From Lysobacterales bacterium (GTDB lineage: Bacteria; Pseudomonadota; Gammaproteobacteria; Xanthomonadales; SZUA-5), in contig JALHMH010000008.1 of the NCBI GenBank assembly GCA_022844165.1, positions 64,001-128,000 of the forward strand: a DNA stretch of 64,000 nucleotides, read 5' to 3'. Both the position numbers and the translations under genes were made by a program. The notes beneath the pieces were generated by a model. The model made no database searches. It saw only the letters and a list, made by a program, of their open reading frames with translations, and had not been told where the DNA came from. Positions 51,349 through 60,511 of this stretch are shown here, piece after piece. Each line of letters opens with the position of its first letter. Position 1 is the first letter of the stretch.

Positions 51349-53322
51349 ATGACCGTGTTATCGATGCTGCGCCGTGGCGCATTGTGCCTGTGTTTTCTCG
51401 TATCCATCCCCGGCCAGTCGCATGCCGCGGTCGACGAACTGCCCACGCAGGTGCTGGCGTCCATCGCCGCGCGTGAGTACCACGCGAGCGTGCATGCCAA
51501 CGAACTTCAAGCGCCGAACCGAGCGCAGGGTTTTCGCACCAGGTTCCGCGACCACGGGGTCGAGCTTGTCGACCGGGATCAGGCGGCGCAGCCGCTGCTT
51601 CGCCTGAGCCTCGTGCAATGGGGCCGAGTCGATCGCCTGCAGTCGGCCGAACTTGGCGTTCTCATTGCGGATGGGGTTCGCGTCGAACGCCGCAGCAAGT
51701 CGCTGACCGAGTGGTATATCAACTCCTCGGACGGCCTCGAACACGGCTTCGATCTTGCCCACTCGCCGCCCGGTCGCGGCGAACTTGAGTTTCATCTGCA
51801 GAGCGATCGTCCAGCGCATCTGGTGCACGCCGATCTGATCGAATTCGGCAGTGGCGACGACAAGCTGCGCTATAGCAAACTCAAGGTATGGGACGCTGAC
51901 GGCCGAATCTTGCCGGCGCACATGCGCGTGAGTGGTACGCATCGTGTGGTGATCCGTGTCGACGATGCCGGCGCACGCTATCCGGTCACGATCGACCCGC
52001 TGCTGCAGCGCGCTGCCGACATCGTCCGCTCCGGAACCCAGAGCGGCGCTCAATTTGGGGTTCGCATTGCCAACGCCGGCGACGTGAACAACGACGGGAT
52101 AGACGATTTGGTCGTCGGTGCCTTCCTCTGGGACAACGGCCAAACCGACACCGGCGCGGCGTTCGTTTACACCGGTCCGAGTTTCAATAACCCCGTCTTA
52201 CTGAGCCTGACCCAAGCGGGGGCCGCTTTCGGCGGCGGCGTCGGCGGTGCCGGCGATTTGAACAACGATGGTTTCGACGATGTCGTGATCGGCTCACCAA
52301 GCTTCGATGGCGCCGCAGGCACCAACTCGGGCGCGGCCTTCGTGTACTTCGGTGGTTCGGGCGCCTTCGATCCCACGGCCGATGCGACCATCAGCTCGCC
52401 GTTGTCGGGGGCGAACATGGGCTCTGCGGTGCGCGGCGTGGGCGATGTGAACGGCGACGGGATCGATGATCTTGCGGTCGGTTTGTCGCGTTACAACCCC
52501 GGCGGCAGCCCCGACCAGGGCGCGGTCTTCATCTACTACGGCAGCACTAATTTCAACTCGACATCGGATGCGTTGCTCACCCTCAACCAGATGTCCGTCA
52601 ATGCGGGCGCCGCGCTTGCCGGTGGCGATGTCAACGACGACGGAGTCTCCGACGTGATCGTTGGAGCGCCAGGTTATGAGTCAACGAGCGCTCTGGTCAA
52701 TGAAGGCGCGGCGCTGGTGTTCTTCGGGGGCTCCGGCGCGATCGACACGACGGTCGATGCCATTCTGCGCACAGCCCGGGCCAACGCCGCAGGCGGTAGT
52801 TCGGTCGCGACGGGCGACTTCAATGGCGACAATATCGATGACGTGATCTCCGGTGCCCCTCTGAATTCCGTAGCGATCAGCGAAGGCGGGACGGCGCAAA
52901 TCTGGTTCGGTGGAACCGGTCCCTTCAATACCCTGGTCGATGTCACGTTTTTCGGCAATGCGGACTCTGAGGACCTCGGTCGTAGCGTCGCCGCCTTGCC
53001 CGACTTCAACGGCGACAACCGAGACGAGATTGTGGTTGGCGCGCCCGGTGCTGCCAACGCCAGCGGGCTGATCAGCGGCGCAGTCAAGCTCTACTTCTCC
53101 GCACCGAACGGATTCTCCTCCAACCCCAGCCTGGTGCTGCTCGGCACACAGACCAGCGACATTTTCGGCACCACAGTGGCGACCGGACGCTTCAACAGCG
53201 ACGCCCTGTACGACGTCGGCGTTGGCGAGCCTGGCGTCGACATCAGTCCGGGCGCAAACAATGGTGCCTTCCGTCTCTATTTTGGCCAGAGCAACGATGT
53301 CTTTCGAAACGGATTCGAGTAA
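51349..53322 (+). CDS. Secreted FG-GAP (integrin-alpha-like) repeat protein, C-terminus NDVFRNGFE
   Basis: Signal peptide; N-domain EWYINSSDGLEHGF...YPVTIDP; about seven GDxNxDGxDD-x-x-VGA repeats. Confidence 0.88.
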   Translation: MTVLSMLRRGALCLCFLVSIPGQSHAAVDELPTQVLASIAAREYHASVHANELQAPNRAQGFRTRFRDHGVELVDRDQAAQPLLRLSLVQWGRVDRLQSAELGVLIADGVRVERRSKSLTEWYINSSDGLEHGFDLAHSPPGRGELEFHLQSDRPAHLVHADLIEFGSGDDKLRYSKLKVWDADGRILPAHMRVSGTHRVVIRVDDAGARYPVTIDPLLQRAADIVRSGTQSGAQFGVRIANAGDVNNDGIDDLVVGAFLWDNGQTDTGAAFVYTGPSFNNPVLLSLTQAGAAFGGGVGGAGDLNNDGFDDVVIGSPSFDGAAGTNSGAAFVYFGGSGAFDPTADATISSPLSGANMGSAVRGVGDVNGDGIDDLAVGLSRYNPGGSPDQGAVFIYYGSTNFNSTSDALLTLNQMSVNAGAALAGGDVNDDGVSDVIVGAPGYESTSALVNEGAALVFFGGSGAIDTTVDAILRTARANAAGGSSVATGDFNGDNIDDVISGAPLNSVAISEGGTAQIWFGGTGPFNTLVDVTFFGNADSEDLGRSVAALPDFNGDNRDEIVVGAPGAANASGLISGAVKLYFSAPNGFSSNPSLVLLGTQTSDIFGTTVATGRFNSDALYDVGVGEPGVDISPGANNGAFRLYFGQSNDVFRNGFE

Positions 53323-53398
53323 GTGCGCCGGTGAAACCGGCGGAGTGCCAGGATGAGAGTCTTCGCCAACAAAGGTGGGATCGAACATCGATTCGGTC

Positions 53399-54892
53399 TC
53401 AGCGCGACCCACGGAGCGATTCGTGCGGCCCGCCGTGTTTACCCTTTGCAGGTGCTCTGTCGGCGCTCATTCTCAGCTCCAGCACGGCGGCCGGCAGGCG
53501 TGCGCGCCAGCCCTTTTTGCTGGCGCGCAACTCGTAGAGTCCGAACGGTGTGACCAGGGCGGCGCGGGTCAGAGTACCGTCGTCGCTGAGGCTGACGATC
53601 AGCAGCTTGCCGCCGGGCCAGGCGCGGGCGGTGGCGAAGGTCGCCGTCAGCGCCGGGTCTGGGTTGAGTATCCCGACGCAACGCCCATTTTCCAGCTCGA
53701 ATTGCAGCGCGCCTCTGATTTTCGCCTCACCCAAAGTGCCCTGATAGCGCTGTGCTGGCAGTGGACAACTGCGCTGAACCAAGCGTTTGGGCTGCGGGCG
53801 AAATGGCGCTGCGAGCAGCATCGCCGAGCGCTCGATAGAAGAGACCCAGATGGCATTGGACATCAGACTGACCGCGGCGCGTTCGTCCGGCCAAAGCACC
53901 AACCCGGCGCGAGCACCTTCGGCGATACCAGCGTGATGTGCGATGGCAGCGCCATCCTCGTCGTGGCCGATGCGCCAGCCCAGGCCTACCTGATAATCGC
54001 GCTCGCCTGCCAATGTTCCGTCGTTGAGAGCAAAAGGCTCGCGCATTGCCATCCAGGTATTGGGCGAGACGATCTTGCCTTGCATCAATCTCCCCGCAAA
54101 ACTGGCGGTTGCCGTGGGCGCTGCCGCCATTCCGCCGCCGGGTACGGTGTAGCTCATGTCATCGCCTGGCAGCAGGACCGGCGCATCACCATCGATGTTG
54201 TACAGCCGCGATACCTGCGCGCCCTTGCCGCTGGTGTCTTGCAGTACGTCCAGCCCTTGGGTCAGTTCGCGCTGGACGTAGTCGATGTAACTTGTGCCGA
54301 CCGCTGCCTCGACCACGGCACCGATGAGTGTGTAGCCCCACGACGAGTATTCGTAACGCGCGCCCGGTTCAGCCCCGAGCGGGCGATCAAAAAACCAACG
54401 AACCGCAGCGCGAGCGTTACCGAAGTTCCGTTGACCCAGCGCCTGATCGGCATCGATGTAGTGATCCAGTCCCGAAGCGTGGGCCGCGAGTTGGCGCAGG
54501 CTGATCTGCGGCCAGCGCGAACCCAGCCAGGGAAGATGGTCTGCAACGGGTGCATCGAGGTTGAGTTTTCCCTGTTCGGCCAGGCGCGCAATGGCCGTGG
54601 CGGCAAAGACTTTCGATACACTCGCCAGGCGAAACACGGTGTTGGCCTCGACCGGTAGTCGCGCCTCCCGATCGCGCCAGCCTGCGCATCCGGCCCACAC
54701 AACCTGGTCGTCCAGCCATATCGCTGCGCCCATTCCCGGCACGCCACTGACATCGACCAGGGCCTGCAGCATGCGCTGCGAGCTGCGCCCAGCGGCGCTC
54801 GTTTCGCCGTCGCAGGAAGTGCTCTTTGCCGGGTGCGAGACGCAGAACGAGAACGACAACAGCAAACCGATATGAAATTTCTTGAACAACAT
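53399..54892 (-). CDS. Exported serine hydrolase (beta-lactamase family)
   Basis: Signal peptide; FRLASVSK, YSS and HAG motifs; GAGGAG RBS. Confidence 0.88.
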   Translation of the reverse strand: MLFKKFHIGLLLSFSFCVSHPAKSTSCDGETSAAGRSSQRMLQALVDVSGVPGMGAAIWLDDQVVWAGCAGWRDREARLPVEANTVFRLASVSKVFAATAIARLAEQGKLNLDAPVADHLPWLGSRWPQISLRQLAAHASGLDHYIDADQALGQRNFGNARAAVRWFFDRPLGAEPGARYEYSSWGYTLIGAVVEAAVGTSYIDYVQRELTQGLDVLQDTSGKGAQVSRLYNIDGDAPVLLPGDDMSYTVPGGGMAAAPTATASFAGRLMQGKIVSPNTWMAMREPFALNDGTLAGERDYQVGLGWRIGHDEDGAAIAHHAGIAEGARAGLVLWPDERAAVSLMSNAIWVSSIERSAMLLAAPFRPQPKRLVQRSCPLPAQRYQGTLGEAKIRGALQFELENGRCVGILNPDPALTATFATARAWPGGKLLIVSLSDDGTLTRAALVTPFGLYELRASKKGWRARLPAAVLELRMSADRAPAKGKHGGPHESLRGSR

Positions 54893-55010
54893 GAGTGTGC
54901 TCCTCGACCTTTGAGGAGCCGCACTGTAATCGCATCAAACCGGCTTGTAGCGAGCAACGCCGTGGGTCGTGCTCGTATTGCGCCGGGACGGTTGGAACCG
55001 TGAGTTGTGG

Positions 55011-55736
55011 CTATCCGCGACGCGCGTGCAGCGATGCCAGCAGTGCATCGATGTAGCTGCGACTGACGCGCACTGGCGTGCCGTCGTCGAGTTGCAATAT
55101 CGCATCGCGATTGCTCAGTGGTTTGAGTTCTGCGATGCAGTCGATGCGCACGATGGCCGACCGGTGGACGCGCACGAAAGATCGTGAGTCCAGCAATTGC
55201 GATAGCTCGTGCAGGGTTTGTCGGAGTGGGTGCGCGCTGTCTGCAGTGTGGAGCGTGGCGTAGTCGCCATCGGCTTCGATCCAACGGATGTCAGCCGTCG
55301 CCACGTAGCGCTCACGGCGCCCAACACGGACTGCAAATCGTCGTGGTGCTGCCGAAGCTTGCGTCGGCGTCCCGAGTTGCCATTGCCAGCGTTGTGTGGC
55401 GCGTGCCAATGCTTCGGCGAAGCGCAAGGGATCGATGGGTTTAAGCAGATAATCGACGGCACCCAGCTCGAAGGCACGTACGGCGAAAGCACTGTGCGCC
55501 GTCAGCAGAATGGCCAGCGGACGCACCGCGGGTGGCAACGCGGCAAGCACCGCCAACCCATCCATGCCCGGCATCGACACATCCAGAAATGCCAGATCCG
55601 TGGGCGTTGCGCGTAGCCCCTCCAATGCGGACACACCGTCGGTGTACTCAACGACTGCCCGGAGACCTGCCGCAAACAGCTGTGTCAAAATGGCCTTCCG
55701 TGCCGGCGCTTCATCGTCGATCACAGCGATGCGCAT
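55011..55736 (-). CDS. LytTR family response regulator
   Basis: IDDE, FLDVSMP, DYLLKP and FVRVHRSAIV. Confidence 0.93.
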   Translation of the reverse strand: MRIAVIDDEAPARKAILTQLFAAGLRAVVEYTDGVSALEGLRATPTDLAFLDVSMPGMDGLAVLAALPPAVRPLAILLTAHSAFAVRAFELGAVDYLLKPIDPLRFAEALARATQRWQWQLGTPTQASAAPRRFAVRVGRRERYVATADIRWIEADGDYATLHTADSAHPLRQTLHELSQLLDSRSFVRVHRSAIVRIDCIAELKPLSNRDAILQLDDGTPVRVSRSYIDALLASLHARRG

Positions 55737-56788
55737 CACGCACTCCTGAGGTTCTGCAACGGAATGCGTAGGCGAACGCGGAACTGCGTGCCGTCGTTTA
55801 GCGCATGCAGTGATGCGTCGCTCCCGTAAAGTTGCGTCAGTCGTTTTTGCAGGTTGGCAATACCCAGGCCGCCACCGGTGGCTTTTGACCCCGGCTGCTC
55901 CGGCAGATCGTTGGCGATGTCGATCGACAGGCGGTCCTGTTCCCGCCAGATGCGGACGTGCAACTGCCCGGGCGCGCGACGCAGCGACAAGCCATGCCGA
56001 ACGGCGTTCTCCAGCAACGGTTGCAGGCACAATGTCGGGACGGAGCAATCGAGAAGTTCCTTGCCGAGCTGCCAATCCAGGCGTATGCGAGCGCCAAAGC
56101 GGGCCCGTTCGATGTCGAAATAGGACTCGGCGAGCGATACTTCCGCGGCCAGGCTTTGTGTGGGTTGGCCGCTCAACTCCAGTGTGGCGCGCAACAGATC
56201 GCCAAGCCGCGCGAGCATTTGCTGCGCGATTGCAGCGCGGCCGTCGCCGACTTCGGCAGAAATCGCATTCAATGTGTTGAACATAAAGTGCGGCTGCAGT
56301 TGCAGCTGCAGGGCGTGCAATTGCGCTTCCCGAGTCAATTGTTCGGCCAGTTGCAAACGGCGACGCGTTGCACGCAGGGCCCATGCATGGGCGATGGTGG
56401 CATGTAGCGTGGCGAAAGCCAGCAAGCCCAACCACGGCGCTTCCAGCCCGCGCCACAACCAGTCCAGATCCAGCACCTGCCTGTGAGATTGCTGCGGCAC
56501 AAAATGCACAAGCTTAGTAATCAGCACCATGGCGAATGTCAGTGGCAACAAGAGCAGCCAGGTTCGGCGCACGCTTAAACCGCGACGCCACCAGTGGCGT
56601 TGCAGCAGCGCCAGTGGTAGCAGCCATAGCAACAGGTTCGTCAGGAATACGGTGCGAGACCAGCTCGCCGCGCCGTAGCCGTAAAGCGGTATCGCCAGAA
56701 CGGCCATTATCGCTGCCAGCACACCGCCGGCTGCGATAGGCAGCCACAAGGGTGGCTGTTCGAATGTCGGATCTGACTCGGCGCGCAT
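55736..56788 (-). CDS. LytS-type sensor histidine kinase
   Basis: N-terminal transmembrane helices; QLQPHFMFNTLN, LQPLLENAVRHG and GLGIAN. Confidence 0.92.
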   Translation of the reverse strand: MRAESDPTFEQPPLWLPIAAGGVLAAIMAVLAIPLYGYGAASWSRTVFLTNLLLWLLPLALLQRHWWRRGLSVRRTWLLLLPLTFAMVLITKLVHFVPQQSHRQVLDLDWLWRGLEAPWLGLLAFATLHATIAHAWALRATRRRLQLAEQLTREAQLHALQLQLQPHFMFNTLNAISAEVGDGRAAIAQQMLARLGDLLRATLELSGQPTQSLAAEVSLAESYFDIERARFGARIRLDWQLGKELLDCSVPTLCLQPLLENAVRHGLSLRRAPGQLHVRIWREQDRLSIDIANDLPEQPGSKATGGGLGIANLQKRLTQLYGSDASLHALNDGTQFRVRLRIPLQNLRSA

Positions 56789-57111
56789 GCCGCAACTATC
56801 GGCGATTCGGCGTTTCGCTGCGAGCAGGGGTGACTTTCGTGCGGTGAACCGGTACACCGTCGCGTTCAGTTGGTGGGTTCTTGCGGCGATCGGAGTGAGT
56901 GGCACGCGTCCCGTTTCAGGACGCACCGCACGCGAACAGGCATCGATGGTTTTGGGCTGCAAACCCTTGAGTTTGAGGTGCTTCAGGTGGCACTGATACA
57001 GCGCACAAAGCGCTCACGATCTTGCTCGCAGGACAAGCCTGTCAAGGTAGTCATTCCTCACGGTTGAAGGCACAATCACTCCCCCGGTCCGCGAAGGAAT
57101 GCCCGTGAAGG

Positions 57112-57167
57112 TTACGCCGCAATCCTCATCCCGAAGACCACTTCTCCGCGTAGCGGCTTCGTTCAAC
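57112..57167 (+). repeat. Left copy of a perfect inverted repeat of at least 56 bp bracketing the cassette region
   Basis: TTACGCCGCAATCCTCATCCCGAAGACCACTTCTCCGCGTAGCGGCTTCGTTCAAC is the exact reverse complement of 63945-64000. Confidence 0.95.
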
Positions 57168-57181
57168 TTTGCGTGTTAGAG

Positions 57182-57625
57182 ATGAAGAGGATGCGCGTAC
57201 TGTGCAGTGACAACTTCTACCACGACGGCCGCGGTCCAACGTTGGTCCGTGTTCACTTGGCGGATGGGTCCGCGCACATCGAGGCGATCGACTATCAGCT
57301 ACCCGATTCGGACGGCGGTCCGGAATTCAGTCGGCATCTGCTGTTCAGTCGCGCACAGGTGTACATGTTCACGCCCGAAGAGGTGGAGAACTACATGACT
57401 GCGCAGTCAGACTGGAGCAAGTCAGATCGTGGCGCGCTCGTTTCACTCGGCAAAAGCAGCTGGTTGTCATCGTTCAGTCAGCGGCACCTCGAGCGCTGTG
57501 AACACTATCGGGCGATGTTCTATGACGAGTTCTTGGACATTATCTGCGAGGGAATCACCAGCGAGCCCGGGTACTTCATCTCTAACAAAACCATGCAGCC
57601 GACGGGCCAGGGCGCGCGCGGCTGA
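57182..57625 (+). CDS. Hypothetical protein in gene cassette A
   Basis: ATG directly follows core site GTTAGAG (57175-57181); the ORF reads through the complementary CTCTAAC into the attC. Confidence 0.75.
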   Translation: MKRMRVLCSDNFYHDGRGPTLVRVHLADGSAHIEAIDYQLPDSDGGPEFSRHLLFSRAQVYMFTPEEVENYMTAQSDWSKSDRGALVSLGKSSWLSSFSQRHLERCEHYRAMFYDEFLDIICEGITSEPGYFISNKTMQPTGQGARG

Positions 57626-57640
57626 TGGTTGTCGTTGGGC
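57580..57640 (+). other. attC site (61 bp)
   Basis: R'' CTCTAAC, L'' ATGCAGC, L' GCTGAT, R' GTTGGGC; R'' is complementary to the cassette's own GTTAGAG. Confidence 0.85.
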
Positions 57641-57692
57641 CCCGCATGCTAGTTCTCGGTAACTCGTCCCATGCTTATTAGGAGTGAATTTG

Positions 57693-57967
57693 AGTGAACG
57701 TCTCGGAAAGCGCTCGCTTAGCTATTATGGCCTCTTTGGAAAATGCTCCATCAGGCTCCTTGCCTGTCTTGGTGGTCGGCTATCGCTATCACGAAGACCA
57801 ACGCATTCCTTTTGTGGAAATTGAGTTTTATCCGCCGAAGAGCATTAGCGAGGATTCCTGCAGGTGATGGATTGACCTTTTATGAGGTACTCCCTGATTC
57901 CAGCGAATTGATTCGTGATAGAACGCTTCTGTTTCAGGACGGCAGTTTTCTTCTTTCCACGCAGTAA
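57693..57967 (+). pseudogene. Probably frameshifted hypothetical gene in cassette B
   Basis: AGGAG RBS then GTG; MNVSESARLAIMASLE...FYPPKSISEDSCR stops near 57865 and a second frame continues GDGLTFYEVLPDSSELIRDRTLLFQDGSF; AT-rich. Confidence 0.45.
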
Positions 57968-58006
57968 GAAGAAAATTTGGTTGAATGGCTGGCAGATTGA
58001 AAATGA

Positions 58007-58089
58007 ACTTAACGCTTGTTGGCAACCTGCCAAAGGTGCGAAGGCGACAGTACCTGCCTCCACGGTCAGGGTTAGCTCGAACGTTGGGC
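58007..58089 (+). other. Degenerate attC site
   Basis: ACTTAAC...GCAACCTG...CAGGGTTAGCTCGAAC-GTTGGGC; R'' does not match the upstream core. Confidence 0.6.
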
Positions 58090-58337
58090 TGCGGATTGAG
58101 CGTGCGGCTTGATCGCGCTTTGGTCACATCGCGCAGCGCGTCACCAGCGGCTTATTGCGCTCATCCAGTGGGCGACTTCGCCGCAGCATTCCAGACAACA
58201 GCGTCGCGCCATGCCGCGACCCACGGGACACGTCGCTCTTGTGGGTCGCGCTACAGCGCGACGCTCTTTTCTGTTCCGGTCGGGCAGCGTTTGCCAAACT
58301 GTCGACGTCAGGTGCCTAAGTGCACCAAAACACCGTA

Positions 58338-58421
58338 GCCCAACAGCAAGCTCAATCGGACCGACGCTCTGCTGGGTTGCTTCGACCAATCATCCCTAAG
58401 CGGCGGCCGCTTAGCTCGAAC
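58338..58421 (+). other. attC site truncated just before R'
   Basis: GCCCAAC (complement of GTTGGGC at 58083), CTCAATC...GCTTAG-CTCGAAC, then no GTTRRRY. Confidence 0.75.
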
Positions 58422-58582
58422 TGGACGACTTCTCGAATCGACTACGATTCGGGTCTCTTTACCGTTCATGCTACCGCGCAGTCCACCATGGCCTACGCGG
58501 CGCGACAGTCGGGGGTGCGAGCCAGCTCGGTGGAGGTCCGGTTAGGGGAAATCTGGGCCACCCTTGCGGATAGTCGATGCTC

Positions 58583-58849
58583 CTAACCAGCGTGGAGTTC
58601 CTCCCGGATGATCCGCCTCAGCGTGCGCTCAAGCGTCCCTTCACTCTCTGCGATGTGCCCACGAAGCACCTCATTGATAAGGGTCTGGTAGTTGCCGCCG
58701 CCCACGACGCGACCGCGAAACCACGCCAAAACATCTGCATCCAGGCGGATTGTGATGCGTTCTTTCCCCAGGCTCTCGGCCTGCAAGCGCGCAAGCGCTG
58801 GGACATCCTTGATGGACCTGGCTCCCGAAAAATCGTATTCGTCGCGCAT
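58583..58849 (-). CDS. brnA: BrnA family antitoxin
   Basis: MRDEYDFS, KERITIRLDADVLAWFR and NYQTLINEVLR. Confidence 0.9.
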   Translation of the reverse strand: MRDEYDFSGARSIKDVPALARLQAESLGKERITIRLDADVLAWFRGRVVGGGNYQTLINEVLRGHIAESEGTLERTLRRIIREELHAG

Positions 58850-58851
58850 AT

Positions 58852-59130
58852 TTAGCTCACCAACTCTCGATAGTGACGCGCTTCGCCAGGGCTGGCACTG
58901 CGCGCCGAAATGATTCGGACTACGTCTTCATCGCGCTCGGTCCAGACCACGAGCAGAACCGACCCGATGAATCCGCAACCGAGTGTCACGAACCGAGCTT
59001 CTTCTTCTGCATCAGGGTCTTCCCGCGTGATGCTCAGCGGATCAAGCAACGCTCCGATGGCGTCGGCAAAGTCAACATCGTGACGCTTGATGTTGGCAGC
59101 ACGCTTTGATTCATCCCACTCGAAGTTCAT
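58852..59130 (-). CDS. brnT: BrnT family toxin (RNase)
   Basis: FEWDESKRAANIKRHDVDFADA and VRIISARSA. Confidence 0.92.
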   Translation of the reverse strand: MNFEWDESKRAANIKRHDVDFADAIGALLDPLSITREDPDAEEEARFVTLGCGFIGSVLLVVWTERDEDVVRIISARSASPGEARHYRELVS

Positions 59131-59136
59131 GCCGCC

Positions 59137-59165
59137 AGTGTATGCACATCAAGCATACGACGCAA
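59137..59165 (-). promoter_or_regulatory. Leaderless sigma-70 promoter and palindromic operator of brnTA
   Basis: TTGCGT-N17-TACACT-N6-ATG; GTATGC-N7-GCATAC palindrome at 59140-59158. Confidence 0.75.
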
Positions 59166-59171
59166 GGGCGC

Positions 59172-60214
59172 GAAGCGCTGATCGCGCAGTATGGATCGCA
59201 ATAGCAAGCGCATCAGCGGCGTGCGATGAGCGCCATTCTTACCTGCCGCAGCATACTCGGCTGCCTGGATTGGCGCTGCCCGGACTGCGCGGAGCGGCGC
59301 GAAACGCCGCGATCCTGCGGCCATCGCAATTGCCCGCAGTGTCAGAACCACACGACCACCGAATGGCTGGAGCGACAACGCGAGAAGCTGCTGCCCGTCG
59401 ACTATTTCATGGTCACGTTTACGCTCCCTGCGGGGCTGCGAGCGCTGGCGCAAGCGCAGCCAAAGACGATGTACTCAGCCTTGTTCTGCGCCGCCTCCGA
59501 GACCCTCAAAGGCTTCGGCGAGCGCAAACTGCACGCCGAACTCGGCCAGTGCGCGGTGCTGCACACGCACAACCGTCGACTCGATCTGCACCCGCACGTG
59601 CACATCGTCGTACCCGGCGGCGGCATCGACCGCAAACGCAAACAGTGGCGCAAGATTCAAGGCAGGTACTTGTTCAACACCTTCGCCCTCGCGCGCGTAT
59701 TCCGCGCCAAAATGCTGCGCGCGCTTGAGCGTGCGGGCGTGTCGATACCGATCGGCTTGCCACCGAAGTGGGTGGTCGATTGCCGCAACGTCGGCCGCGG
59801 CGAACCGGCGCTTCGTTTCGTTTGCCTTGGCAAACGAACGAATCAAAGACAGCTGTCGCGTTAACTCTATCGCGGCGTCATTCGCGAGCGCGATCTCGTG
59901 TCTTACGATGCGCAATCCGGCACTGTGACCTTCCGCTATATCGACGCCAGCACACAGCGGCCGGCGTATGCGAACTGCCCATCGCACAGTTCCTCTGGCA
60001 TGTGCTGCAACACGTGTTGCCCATCGGTTTGCGTCGCGTGCGCGACGATGGGTTCCTGCACGGCAAAGCCAAAGCGCGACTGACGCTCGTGCAGCTGATC
60101 CTGCGCGTGCTCATCGCGCAGCGCGAACAAAAACCCCGGCCGCCGCTATGCTGTCCGAAGTGCAAAACGCCGATGCGCTTGATTGGACCAATCTTGCGCA
60201 GGCCGGATGGATAA
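59172..60214 (+). pseudogene. IS91-family (HUH/Y2) transposase, inactivated
   Basis: Zinc domain SCGHRNCPQCQ, YFMVTFTLP, HUH motif HPHVH and QHVLP...RRVRDDGFL. 5' truncated; stops at 59202 and 59862; insertion at 59817-59852; frameshift near 59970. Confidence 0.9.
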
Positions 60215-60322
60215 ACCACCGATTGCGGATCGGCTTTTCGGTAAGCGTCCGACGCCGCACATCTAGATTCGGAGTTTTGTCTTCGCCAATCCTGTTCTCA
60301 ACGCGACGTTGAGGCTAGATCG

Positions 60323-60511
60323 ATGCGAGGTGAGCGGTTGGGGGCGAGCGCGTGGTTTGCGCGGGTTTGGTTCTTTCAGCGTAGCGGCCTGAGTGCCCGA
60401 GCGTACTGCGCGGCGCAGGGCATTTCGTACTCGACGTTCATGGGGTGGCGCTCGCGGCTGGTGCGCGAGCTGGCGGGTGGCCGTTTGCCGTTTCGGCGCT
60501 TCGTGCGATGA
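60323..60511 (+). CDS. tnpA: IS66 accessory protein TnpA
   Basis: FQRSGLSARAYCAAQGISYSTFMGWR HTH motif. Confidence 0.8.
   Translation: MRGERLGASAWFARVWFFQRSGLSARAYCAAQGISYSTFMGWRSRLVRELAGGRLPFRRFVR

Noticed and set aside
54900-56940. LytTR direct-repeat binding sites upstream of the hydrolase and kinase
   Set aside because: Only loose GYGARC-like matches with irregular spacing; too degenerate to call.
56790-57111. Integron integrase or its remnant upstream of the first cassette
   Set aside because: No ORF with tyrosine-recombinase motifs on either strand.
58422-58582. Group IIC-attC intron or IS1111-attC element at the broken attC
   Set aside because: No GTGCG 5' end at the junction, domain V, reverse transcriptase or IS110 transposase seen.
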